64,000 bases of DNA, taken from Antedon mediterranea. Lineage: Eukaryota; Animalia; Echinodermata. Both the position numbers and the translations under genes were made by a program. Where the stretch lies: the NCBI RefSeq assembly GCF_964355755.1, contig NC_092671.1:32932304-32996303 (forward strand), in the 5' to 3' direction. The notes beneath the pieces are model-generated. The model saw only the letters and a program-made list of their open reading frames with translations. It did no database searches and was not told the DNA's origin. Positions 27,201 through 35,454 of this stretch are shown one piece after another (position 1 is the stretch's first letter; every line of letters begins with the position of its first letter).

Positions 27201-28489
27201 GTTTATTACTACTACTGTACGTGTAGCCTGGTGTAACATTTAACTTACCAGTTAACCTCTATACTATTAAGAGGACACTTTCCCTTAATTTGGGTTGGTT
27301 GCAGTAGTGCTAATAAAGTATACAGGACCTGTATTGACTATCCTTTTAATGATTATTATTTTTTAAGCTTTTTTTTAAATTTTTCTTTTGAGGTGAGCGA
27401 GTGCGATCACTCACCTAACACACTCCTAAACTGTGATTTACAACAATTTTGTAAACTTCTACACACCAAAATACAAACTAGAAAGCCACTCCGAGAGTGC
27501 ATACCTCCGCCTACTGTAAAATTCTCCTACATAAGATTTTTCCGGTAAAAAAATATATATATATATATTTGTGTGTGTCTTAATGCTGTTTGTGATTTAC
27601 GCTAATTTCACTACAAGCATGTGTATGCGAGTTTGGTGTAATGGTTATGTAACAAGCCTTTCAATTAACAATAGCTTCAGTTGACTAACAATAGAACAGC
27701 AACGCGAAAATCAAACGAGTGAATTTGAAAAGAAATAGGTTTTGTAAACTACTCGCATCAAAAAACGTGCACATTAAATCAAATTATGTTTTAAAATTAC
27801 AAATCACAAATTATAACTCTTGCCTCTTGTATAAAAATGAAGTTTTTTGGACATAAGTACTTCTCGAGAAAATTCAATTTGAGTTTACTTGTTACTTTAA
27901 GCAAGGAGTTGAGACTGCTGAAAAATTCTGTCCTATCTTTTTAACACTAGCAGGTCTGAAAAGTATACTAAAAAGTGGTCCAGAATTTGGACGTGGTCCG
28001 AAATGGTCCCAAAATTTAATGGAATGGTCCTTGACCACATATCTATCTGTACATTCATTTTGGTAAAGACCTTGTAATTACTTTTTGAGTAATCCTGCTA
28101 ACAAACAATTTTAAAAAGACAAGCCTGGTTTTTTTGTAAGGATGTCGCCATCTTATATTATATGATCATTATTTTGTTTCACAGGAAAGTGTCTCAAATA
28201 AGGGAGATAAAAATGAAGTCACCTGCTACAGTACGTCCATTTTAATAAATCAGAGATCTTATACTGTAATCATAGAAAATGATATCATGGACAACTATAT
28301 GTAATAGTATACATTATTTTGCTTTTTTAAAAAAATGTTAAAAAGATAAGAATTATTTATCAGGTGATAATTTTAATTAGACACATCTTATTGCTTACCT
28401 TTTAAACGATCACGATCTGCTGTGATTCCTTGTGTCTCCAGCACTAGGATCATAACGGAGAACACAAAGCAGACATGTCTCAAATCCAT
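126..28489 (-). CDS. Large secreted kielin/chordin-like mosaic protein (SP-TSPN-coiled coil-VWC half-EGF-Kunitz-tyrosinase-like-GYD repeats->=13 VWC); 29 coding exons in window, 3' end beyond window start
   Basis: 29 exons with GT/AG boundaries join in frame with matching phases (5545 nt, ~1848 aa); recognisable Cys spacings of VWC, EGF and Kunitz and tyrosinase motifs (WHR, LPYFD, DPLF). Confidence 0.9.
766..942 (-). CDS. Exon 28: VWC 12
   Basis: CEIEGRSYSESET...DPCETCTC...ICCADCLR; phase 1-1. Confidence 0.88.
1000..1197. mobile_element. Degenerate MITE (Harbinger-like ends)
   Basis: ~33-bp imperfect TIR aaagccaacgcagacaacgttgtacgacaaggc / gccttgtcatacgacgctctccgagttggcctt. Confidence 0.5.
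1402..1578 (-). CDS. Exon 27: VWC 11
   Basis: CEYNGRTYRNGDSF...DPCELCYC...GMCCPCDE; phase 1-1. Confidence 0.88.
2202..2375 (-). CDS. Exon 26: VWC 10
   Basis: CEYNGMQYRNGEIF...PCRQCRC...GGCCPECT; phase 1-1. Confidence 0.88.
2778..2901. mobile_element. MITE family H1 (PIF/Harbinger-like); further copies 3970-4098, 11319-11433, 15620-15758, 17193-17318, 20063-20142, 28818-28975, 30406-30512
   Basis: TIR AGCTCTGTCTACACTATCAAACT, palindromic body, TAA/TTA flanks; 8 copies seen. Confidence 0.8.
3036..3206 (-). CDS. Exon 25: VWC 9
   Basis: CFHDDQQYANRERF...CQDCVC...GECCPHCD; phase 1-1. Confidence 0.88.
3671..3891. mobile_element. MITE family H2 (Harbinger-like); second copy 6419-6794
   Basis: TIR AGGCCCGTTTACACTAG(A/G)ACGATAAC, TAA flanks. 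Confidence 0.75.
4175..4351 (-). CDS. Exon 24: VWC 8
   Basis: CLYNDIELANGES...PCEVCVC...NECCPVCD; phase 1-1. Confidence 0.88.
5672..5848 (-). CDS. Exon 23: VWC 7
   Basis: CSDQFGGLHPEGSSW...CQNCSC...EQCCPVCE; phase 1-1. Confidence 0.88.
5913..6090. mobile_element. Kolobok-like MITE
   Basis: TTAA|AGTTGTAGTTCC...GAAACTACAGCT|TTAA. Confidence 0.5.
6868..7012. repeat. ~145-bp imperfect palindrome (hairpin MITE)
   Basis: atatttactgggctaaggggcat... / ...atgccccttaagcccagtaaatat pair through to the centre. Confidence 0.7.
7333..7509 (-). CDS. Exon 22: VWC 6
   Basis: CLYDD...DPCQQCLC...GECCPVCP; phase 1-1. Confidence 0.88.
7724..7897 (-). CDS. Exon 21: VWC 5
   Basis: CVDNGRIYEDGQTW...QCNECTC...GQCCSDCI; phase 1-1. 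Confidence 0.88.
   Translation of the reverse strand, partial: NALIMVGFMKMGKHGYLLISVMNVHAKGQRSSVKKHNLVGRGVIMVILLQGNVAQTV
8215..8311 (-). CDS. Exon 20: VWC 4 C-half
   Basis: DSLVRCNPTKCEDPGCDNPVRILGSCCETCSD. Confidence 0.88.
8783..9036 (-). CDS. Exon 19: VWC 3 and VWC 4 N-half
   Basis: CDFNGIRMHDGES...CCPQCRNGCEYEG...PCLRCSCM. Confidence 0.9.
9196..9289 (-). CDS. Exon 18: VWC 2 C-half
   Basis: EGNVRCTTRPCPPVDCESPKTPRGGCCPICD. Confidence 0.88.
9806..9888 (-). CDS. Exon 17: VWC 2 N-half
   Basis: CMYQGFLIKNGADVVLDIDSCESCLCQ. Confidence 0.88.
10247..10343 (-). CDS. Exon 16: VWC 1 C-half
   Basis: RKNVSCVTEPCPTVFSCSHPGKRPDECCSYCK. Confidence 0.88.
10863..10942 (-). CDS. Exon 15: VWC 1 N-half
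   Basis: RCILDGREYRHGETWKADSCTTCTCQ. Confidence 0.88.
11460..11668 (-). CDS. Exon 14: Cys-rich module (CSFNPC...CHLYPAAVCVVDVCGGCNAMWF...VDC)
   Basis: Open frame, phase 2/1, canonical splice sites. Confidence 0.85.
11991..12468. repeat. 59-bp perfect direct duplication (11991-12049, 12410-12468) around an insert with a LINE-like 3' tail
   Basis: ttgtgcacaatctaag(at)7gtatattgaaaatggtgtctatttacctg twice; AATAAA+(ATGAA)n at ~12125-12160. Confidence 0.85.
12466..12940 (-). CDS. Exon 13: G[FY][DN]xx repeats and unique region
   Basis: Within ORF 12462-12974; AG at 12941-42, donor AG|GTAAAT; phase 1/2. Confidence 0.88.
13015..13172. mobile_element. MITE family H3 (Harbinger-like)
   Basis: agcttggttgtcactaagatgca / tgcattctagtgagaatcaagtt, TAA flanks. 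Confidence 0.55.
13327..13472 (-). CDS. Exon 12: G[FY][DN]xx repeats
   Basis: FGFNIYGYDRNGRQDRRDIYIYDGYDFEGYDRTGYDRRGFNRYGYERN; phase 2/1. Confidence 0.88.
13922..14532 (-). CDS. Exon 11: tyrosinase-like domain, degenerate CuB half, start of GFD repeats
   Basis: EIDCSVALPYFDFT...FGGDG...GGQMSSALAPYDPLFFALQSYVDMLYWRWQ; phase 0/2. Confidence 0.9.
14707..14926 (-). CDS. Exon 10: tyrosinase-like domain, CuA half
   Basis: VRKEIRDMT...HAHSTQFYLLWHRVFLRTVERRLQ. Confidence 0.9.
15269..15489 (-). CDS. Exon 9: Cys module end and second half-VWC
   Basis: ETTLEQCKA...CSLGNSSYEIGQRFRSGCEECQCLTEGVINC; phase 0/2. Confidence 0.85.
15857..15990. mobile_element. hAT-like MITE
   Basis: TIR gggcggatccag / ctggatccgccc. 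Confidence 0.5.
16014..16168 (-). CDS. Exon 8: Kunitz C-half and start of GACC Cys module
   Basis: GCDGNHKNNFYSKAACENLCMRGACC; phase 1/0. Confidence 0.88.
16785..17049 (-). CDS. Exon 7: EGF-like domain and N-half of Kunitz domain
   Basis: DPCSLNPCLNGGTC...YTCTCPPDCSGAHCE then FCSSAPTVGQCDVFVPRFYYN...CEEFS. Confidence 0.9.
17741..17875 (-). CDS. Exon 6: coiled-coil end, CEC motif, first half VWC
   Basis: ITQCEQELMFSSRCECGEQECVVNLQRYHNGQVWQQDPCTACVCE; phase 0/0. Confidence 0.88.
18461..18552 (-). CDS. Exon 5: coiled coil (NSRTAEQKQMDDMISHVDQLSGIITTLSQQ)
   Basis: Heptad-like hydrophobic spacing; phase 1/0. Confidence 0.8.
19253..19297 (-). CDS. Exon 4: 45-nt linker (ERLSQDSPGVGTSG)
   Basis: Symmetric phase 1-1, GTAAGT donor; skippable in frame. 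Confidence 0.65.
19931..20003 (-). CDS. Exon 3: end of TSPN domain (GWWEELRIYPTSISSPPWQCHGNQ)
   Basis: Phase 0/1, completes the FLG..ELRI..C motif; AG and GTGAGA sites. Confidence 0.85.
20522..21281. repeat. Minisatellite, 25-bp unit GTCATTTTTTAGGGCTATGAATGTT, ~30 copies
   Basis: Near-perfect head-to-tail repeats without spacers; only isolated variants. Confidence 0.97.
23018..23200. repeat. ~91-bp tandem duplication
   Basis: atcatcacatgcaagcc...aataaatataaag twice, ~2 mismatches. Confidence 0.9.
23587..23735. mobile_element. Tc1/mariner-type MITE; related copy ~10388-10537
   Basis: TA|CAGT...ACTG|TA ends; shared body gctggcctaat...tggtatt...gggacc. Confidence 0.6.
24021..24547 (-). CDS. 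Exon 2: TSPN/laminin-G N-terminal domain
   Basis: TDLLQEL...FSIFFIAKQ...GTLFSV...QWNYGLLVV...LYSGCQ pattern; ttttacag acceptor, GTAAGT donor. Confidence 0.88.
24920..25276 (-). mobile_element. tRNA-containing repeat flanked by ~70-bp direct repeats; second copy ~47598-47810
   Basis: R1 24920-24988 and R2 25202-25276 (attaattctaaaccgcccggtgat...gaaacgataaagat) around a tRNA-like core. Confidence 0.75.
25017..25088 (-). tRNA. tRNA-like sequence (anticodon ATC, Asp-like; probably repeat-borne pseudo-tRNA)
   Basis: GCCCCAG/TTGGGGC acceptor, A box TGGTCTAATGG, T arm CCGAG-TTCGAGT-CTCGG, followed by TTTTT. Confidence 0.55.
27476..28110. mobile_element. Interspersed repeat, possibly Helentron-associated non-autonomous element
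   Basis: AACTAGA...TACCTCCGCC head and gagtaatcctgctaacaaacaa tail; family assignment from recall only. Confidence 0.4.
28399..28489 (-). CDS. Coding exon 1: signal peptide MDLRHVCFVFSVMILVLETQGITADRDRLK
   Basis: ATG at 28489, hydrophobic core, donor G|GTAAGC, phase 1 matches exon 2. Confidence 0.85.
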
Positions 28490-28817
28490 CTTGAAGAATT
28501 ATCCAATATTTAACAAGAAGTTAATATAGAAAACAAAATCTGCATTCTTCAGAATCAAATCTACTAAAATAAAAGAAGAAAGATATATCTCTAGAATTCT
28601 GATTTTGTTACTTGCTTGCATCAAAAGTAACTCAATAATAAAGCAATAAATTAGCTTTTTTAAATTTTTTTTTATTGAGTTTGACCATGCATGGGTTTGA
28701 ACCTCCTTGTTCCTGAAATGCCTTTTTCAAAAAAACGCATATAGCTCATTTTTTATCTATTACTACTAGTATCATCTATGAATCTTAAAATTATATTTAC
28801 GTAAAGTGTCACCTCTA

Positions 28818-28975
28818 AAGCTCTGTCCACACTATCAAACTAGTTTCACAAAAAAAGTGTGATGTGCCGAAAAATGGTAGTGATATGCTCAAAGTAGTGT
28901 GATATGACATCATGTCCATATATGAGGACATCATATTTTTTTGTTACATAAAGTTTGATAGTGTAGACAGAGCTT
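28818..28975. mobile_element. MITE family H1, most complete copy
   Basis: taa|agctctgtccacactatcaaac...gtttgatagtgtagacagagct|tta. Confidence 0.8.
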
Positions 28976-29848
28976 TAGCCACACCCCTCCCACTGTAACA
29001 ATTCTGGCTATGGGCTTGTTTTCCCTTTCTTCTTTGTATGTAGTATTGAGTCAATTCTCACTGGGTAAACATTGAATATTCTTTTTGTTCTAAACACTTC
29101 TTAACAAATAAACTATAAATCAACAAGTCAGGAAATAGCAAGAACCTTGAAGGTTTTATTAACAAAAGGTTTACAATTACACATTGTTCATTCAAAACCA
29201 TAATATAGCCTAAACATAAAGCTGTGGTAGGATTCATAGTTGCAAATGTAAAACCATGTTCCAAGGTTTTTTTGACAAGATTAAAGCTTTTTTTTAATAC
29301 TAATAATAACTAATGTACAGTGCCCAGTCCAGTGCTGCGAGTTGTTATATCTCTAAAATGTTGCAATTTATCCAGATTTAGGGTAAACATAAAGTTTCTA
29401 ATATTAAACATAAAATTTCATATGTTTATCAATTGAAAATTTCATAAATTGTACCCATTCCATGAAGATCATAACTTGTACTGTATTAGTAGTTTTTCTG
29501 TCTTTGAATTGAGTTATAAACAAACAAACGCATCTTTTTTATTGTCTGCTTTTTTCAAATAAATATATCTTATCATCGATTATTCTGAATAATATGACAT
29601 TTCATTTTTTAGACTACACACACCTGAGTCGAATACACTAGTAGTATTCCCTGTATATTACTGTACTGCAACTGTCAGTTTGCAGAGTGGTGCAAGGAAA
29701 GAATAAAATTCTAAACAAAGACAGATAATAAGATCCTGCTTTGGCGGAGGTAAATTAAGTATAGGCCTAATCTTAATATATAAAAGTGGAGCTGCCCGAG
29801 AAGTAAAAGCATTTTGTAGCTAATAAAAGTGTCAAGATGTAACTTTAC

Positions 29849-29950
29849 CTTCGTAAACTGTAACCGAGTTCTCAACAGTTAGCACAAAGAGGCTCAACCT
29901 GGGCCTACACTCCGCTGATGGAAGGAAGCTGGTGGTGTGTTCCAATTTCT
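29849..29950 (-). other. Putative non-coding first exon of the mosaic gene (5' boundary approximate)
   Basis: Donor AAG|GTAAAG at 29848-29847; the next exon has a polypyrimidine/TAGTAG acceptor at ~28561-28565 upstream of the ATG. Confidence 0.4.
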
Positions 29951-30290
29951 TTGATGGGTACGTTGATTACCCTGACCTCCACAAAAACCAATGTTGATAA
30001 TAAACAGCCACTTCCATTTATATGACGGGTGAAGTTACTTTGAAAAACACTCGTTCATCTCTAACATATTACTGTACAATTATAGGTATTTGAAATTGAA
30101 CAAATATTGTATTTCTAAAAATTTAATTAGTTTGTGTATATATTTAATAAATAAATATATATTATTCAAAGTTAATAATTTCCATAAAATAATTGACGAG
30201 TCTAAAAGTTTAACATGAATTGAGGGCGCTATAGCTTTTTATATCTCAGAGCTGTATTATTTTGTGTATGTTGGTGGTTGTTTGTAGACC

Positions 30291-30402
30291 TACCGTAAAT
30301 CTTCTAATAGTAACCCACACTCTAATAATAACCCCCCTTCTAATAGTAACCCACCTTATAAGTAAATCTATAATAATAACCCACTACTCTAATAGTAACC
30401 CA
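30291..30402. mobile_element. pogo/Tc1-type MITE left end; more complete copy 54178-54578
   Basis: TA|CCGTAAATCTTCTAAT..ACCC matches GGGT..ATTAGAAGATTTACGG|TA at 54553-54578; internal tagtaaccc subrepeats. Confidence 0.6.
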
Positions 30403-30727
30403 TGGCACTATCAAACTCTATGCGACACGATGATGTATATCATCACCGTATTTGGGAACATGACATTTTTTGGTCAATAGTGTTTTAATGATAGTAGTGT
30501 AGAGAGAGCTTTATAATAAATAGCGTCTCAAGACAGATACCCAACGTATTATAAATACACAGCGAATTAATCATAGTCAAAGCCGTACAGAATTAAAACT
30601 ATAAAACAAAATTTAAGCTGGAGGAGGGGGAAACCCCATAAAAAAATAAACTTGCCCGAGTTGGTTCATAATACAAACATTACCGAAATAATTGCAATGG
30701 AAGAAATAAGAGATACGACTGATAATA

Positions 30728-32485
30728 CAGGCCCGTATGCAGCATTTATAATGGGGGGGGGGGGGGGGTGCGAGCGAAGCGAGCAACAATGGCTGGGGGC
30801 CAGGGGGCCGCCAAGGGCCCCCGGTCAGGGTCAGGGCAAAAATTTGCGTTATTTGACGTTCTAAAGACTGATGTAAGACTCTCTGTTGTGGCTTGGGCTA
30901 GTTGAACGATGGACACCAGAACTTAACGCTTTCATGATGAGGCCAACTCAGCAGGGGTGGCGCCAGGATCTTCCCGACGCGGGGGCTACATTCTCCGACG
31001 AGGGGGCTATGCGAGCGAAGCGAGCATCACTAGGCTGAGGGCCAGGGGCCGCCAAGGGCCCCCGGCAACGCGTTCTAGCGTCATTTGAGGTCTTTTTAAT
31101 CAGATTTAGGGTAGCCATTTTTTCCATTTTTTATAATGCATAAATAAAATACTGCGTGCAAAAAAACGATGCGCGATGACTGTTTCAATCCATATTTTTC
31201 AATTGAAAAAATAAAAGTTCAAAGAAAATTTTGAAAAATAGAGTTGGAGGTCCCGGAAATTGGACTTATTATACTTCAAAACATGAAAAAAAATATATAA
31301 GTCCCTATCATGGGTTGTGACTGAGCTAAGAAATGTTTGAAAAATAGAGATGTTAGGTCCCGGAAAATGTACTTCTTGTTCTTCGAAATATGACCAGCTT
31401 TATTGTTGGGGCTGAGCTAAGAAAATGTTTAAAACTAGAGCTGCAGGTCTTCAAAAAATTGCATTTTATACTTTGGAAACATCAGGCCTAGAGGCTTAAA
31501 AAACGCAAGCGTAGACCTTTTTCAGTCGGGGAAAAAAGTTTATTCCTCCCAGGTGTATGCATGCGTACCATCTGGACTTCCGAGTGGTGAGAAATTCATG
31601 ACATACAGGATATTGAAAATGTAATAACTATAGCTATAATGTTGGCTAAGCGAAAATGGCATGTTTTTTTGTTTAGTAATGGATGAAAAATTTATTTTAG
31701 GTGCCCCACGGTACAGAAGGTTACTTGTAAATTAAAAAATTGGTGAACAAACGAACAATTAACATAATTCGTTTTTGCTGTAGTGTAGCGTACGTCGACG
31801 CAGTACACGACGTAACCGTCGGTAAACTTCGCCTGGAAAATAACACATTACACATTTTGGTCCCTGGATGAAACTTGATATCACGCGTCTCGACCCAACG
31901 TTGAACGATTCGTACAAAGAGGGATACCGCCAGACAAGTGCGTACCTAGCTATTGTTTAGTAGTAAGTTAGATCGCTGGCAATAATGAATGCATATAAAG
32001 TGCATAATATCACTCTGACGTACTCTCACGGTCAATGAAACGTCGCGGTTTTCTAGGCGCTGAAGCTAGCTACGAAGTGAACGCGAACGCTTTTTACTGT
32101 ATATTATATTCCCCGACAAAAAGTACACGTGTTCCCTGACGTTAAGTTGTCTGTATTTCTCCAGCAAACACTTTACCGCGTACATGAAGCGCTAAGCTAT
32201 TACTTGTCGTCACATGATCGACTGCGCATGTTTTACATCGAGTTTGTAGTCAGTTCAGATTCCGTAATTTAATTACCGGTATTTTTTCATTTTATATTAG
32301 CATATTTTTGTTTGTATACCATTGATAATGTAAATTTTGTATATATATAATGATATTGTCTTTAGTTAAACAAGACAAGAAAAAATACCAACCGAGGAAA
32401 AAGTGGACCTTTTGGGACTTGGGGGGTGGGGGGGGGGGGTGCGTCTGCACCCAACGCACCCCCCCCCCCCCTGGATACGGGCCTG
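30728..32485. mobile_element. Cluster of GC-rich hAT-like non-autonomous element pieces
   Basis: caggcccgtatgcag (30728) / ctggatacgggcctg (32471-32485); gcgagcgaagcgagc motif twice; G/C homopolymers; no clean 8-bp TSD. Confidence 0.5.
31755..32090. repeat. CpG-rich interspersed repeat X; inverted copy 53503-53800, diverged copy ~54608-54800
   Basis: Direct alignment by eye, e.g. gggataccgccagacaagtgcgtacc vs ggtacgcacttgtctggcggtatccc. Confidence 0.85.
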
Positions 32486-32558
32486 TAATATTGGATTTTG
32501 AAATTTAAAACTAAATTTAATCTCTTCGATTTCCAGCGCAGTACAGTGTCTCTATGAG

Positions 32559-32960
32559 TGTATTTATTTTTTTTATTCATAATCACTGTATGCCTAATAA
32601 TAATATTATATCATTAAATTTGTGTTTTTTATTATTTACCTTTCCGCAATTTACGTTTTAATAGAGAATATAAAAAAAAATAGGTCTAGGCCTATTAGTT
32701 TATCCTCCTGCAACTTATGAGAAGAAAATAATTATTTTTTAATATAAAGTTTATCTTTTTGAGTAATTTCTAATGTATGTATTTATCTTTTTATTCATAA
32801 TCATAATAATAATATTATATCATTAAATGTGTGTTTATTATTTACCTTTCCACAATTTACGTTTTAATCGAGAATTAGTTTTTTTAAATAGGCCTATTAG
32901 TTTATGAGAAAAAAATAATTATTGTTTAATATAATGTTTATCTTCTTGAGTAATTTTTAA
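32559..32960. repeat. ~200-bp diverged tandem duplication
   Basis: ttattcataatca...ttacctttcc...gagtaattt repeated twice. Confidence 0.8.
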
Positions 32961-34060
32961 AAACACGTTCTATATTCAGATGTATTAATAAGTTGTGCAT
33001 ACCTGAAGTAGGACCTATGAACAATTTGCTTCTTGGCAGAAATATACAAATTAATTATTTACACTCATGATAAACACGGAACTTCAATAAAAAAAAAAAA
33101 AACAATTAAGTCCAAAAGTTCAAAGACTATCTTTGGAACTCATTGTTGAGTAGTCTGATAGCGCTAGATAACAATGAAAATTGATTGATGTATATTTTTA
33201 GTAACGGACGACGGCGCCGTTATTGTTAATCAGGGAAGAGTGAAATTACAATTTAACTCTTCCCTGTTTGAATAGAAAATCATACAGGAAAACGGCGCCG
33301 TTTCCGTATTCCGTGAAACAGAAACAAGTGTGAACTTGTAGCTTAACATTATTGTTAAGAACATGAGATTTATCGACAAAAATAATATTTAATTTTGAAA
33401 CCATTGCATCATTACACAGTTATGTAATATATTTAATCTAAAGTAACTGGTGAATATAATTTGTAAAGACAATCTGGACTAGTCTATATACAACACGATT
33501 CAGATCTCTAACTACATACATTAATTTCTGGTATGTTTGCATATTTAGGTTTGTACCCATTTAGGTAAGACGCAACAAGATTATGAAGAATTTAATATGA
33601 GATAGGCTTAATTTAATATGAGATAGGCTAATTACTTTTATCTCTAAGAGCCAATGAACACTATCATTTAGGCCTATTTGCTTTTTTAAGTAATCGTTTT
33701 GCGATATTTTCCATGTAAAGACAATGACAAGTGGACTTAGTACAGCAGCTATGGGATAATCAACAATCGGTCAAACTCAGCTGCTGTGTTGGCGGACGTT
33801 CCGTGTGGGAAAAAAAGGTATAGCCTACGTTTTATACATTTTTTAGCCCTAACTTTTAAATCATTATTACGTTTGATTGTATTTGGCAACCAAGTTTGAA
33901 ATTTTGTTTATATAGTTTAAGTATTTATTGATTTTCTTCCGTAGGCCTTTGTTACAATTTTATGTCGACCCTGGTGTGGAATATTTTTATCAGAGTGCGC
34001 AATCTGCTGTACGGACGAGGCCTACTGACTCTAAAATCAGCTTAAAATTATTCAATAATA

Positions 34061-34429
34061 ATGCACTCTTTCAAGGTAGAAGAAGCTGTGAATTCTGTAA
34101 ATAATGTAAAGTGGACAGCAAACACCTTTATTTCAAATAGGGAAAGTGTTACTCATAGAGAAAAAGCAGAGATTTATAAACCGGATGGAACTTTTTTGTT
34201 AGAGAGCTTCGAGCATTGTGGAAGTACAGGAATGGATGATTCGCCTGCTGGAGGAACGGTGCTTCAAAATGATGTGCGATGTTTGGAAGGCTCTCCACCA
34301 ACTCAAGAAACAACTCAAGAAACAACCGAACCAGTTAAAGATTCATCTAAAACGGATCCAGAGCTGCGGCTTTGCCTGAAGAAAATGCGCAATCAACGTC
34401 TAGATGGAGAATATGTTGTAAATGCCTAG
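34061..34429 (+). CDS. Small orphan protein A (122 aa), preceded by a non-coding exon ~33701-33817
   Basis: Donor AAG|GTAT 33818, acceptor ccgtag 33944; protein similarity to ORF 46813. Confidence 0.5.
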   Translation: MHSFKVEEAVNSVNNVKWTANTFISNRESVTHREKAEIYKPDGTFLLESFEHCGSTGMDDSPAGGTVLQNDVRCLEGSPPTQETTQETTEPVKDSSKTDPELRLCLKKMRNQRLDGEYVVNA

Positions 34430-34690
34430 GTACGGTTTGTTGCTTTATCGGCAAAAATTGTGTCTAATATTATTTTCACTGTTCAAAAAGTAGGCCTATA
34501 TGATACGCGCGTAGGTACGAAGTTAAACGTTTGGAAGGAGATGAATTTATGGCAAAATCTTCCTTACCTCTGTAAAGACGAAACCACCTTGGACAAAAAT
34601 ATCAAACGAAAAATGTGTATAAACTGTGATTACTACTTGAATGTATATTGTGACAACTCGTTTGGAAAAATACTGAAAGATTTTTTTATT

Positions 34691-35454
34691 CGCCGTGGTT
34701 AGGATTCCGGCACCGGAACTCAACTGCCCACCGTTAGGGAATCCGACACGATATTGCGCATGCCCAGAGCTCTGGGAAGTGAATTATAGCTTGCACTAAT
34801 AGTGCCACACACCACACCACCGAGAGTCGGAGTGTTATAGGGATTTACTGTAGCCTAGATAGTCGAGTCGTTGCGCGAGCGAGAGATGGATGAAACTTGG
34901 CCTATGCCATACATGAATTAATAATTAAAATACGACTACGCCACGCGTTAAAATAATTATAATGATATTAATAAGAATCAGTATCTATCTAAGAATCGTA
35001 ATGCTGTTTTTAACGTTGCGACCCCGAATTCCCGAACAGTTTTTTCACATCCACGCGGTGGCTGCCGTCAACAAATCAACTTGTGAATATTGCATGTTAT
35101 GTACAGTATATTAAATGCGTTATGAAAAACCATAAAACTAGTCATGTAATTATATAATTCATAATGATATGAAGTTTATATATGAATGCAGCAACCACTT
35201 TTTAATTACAAAATAAATAGGCCCACTGGTCACGTCTAACTGGTAGGCCTAGATTAGTGGATCCCGCATTATTAGTAGGCATCTAGGCTAGTTCGCCGTG
35301 TGTGGCGCAGCTATGAAATGATCCATCGCTGTATAGTCAAAGAATTGGTATAGTATAGAGTCGCCGATTACCTCGCTCTGGGCATGCGCAATAGCGTGTC
35401 GGATTCCCTAACGCTGGGCAGTTGGGTTCCGGTGCCGGAATCCTAACCACGGCG
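34691..35454. mobile_element. Non-autonomous DNA transposon, ~80-bp TIRs, 9-bp TSD (Mutator-like)
   Basis: cgccgtggttaggattccggcaccggaac...cccagagc inverted at both ends; TTTTTTATT on both sides. Confidence 0.85.

Noticed and set aside
30728-32485. Single intact hAT element
   Set aside because: TIRs match 14/15 but no 8-bp TSD (only taata); interior is a mosaic of other repeats.
34190-34225. Protein A motif TFLLESFEHCG as an IL-1/beta-trefoil signature
   Set aside because: Too short, not shared with paralogue B, and the protein is too small and low-complexity; needs structure prediction.
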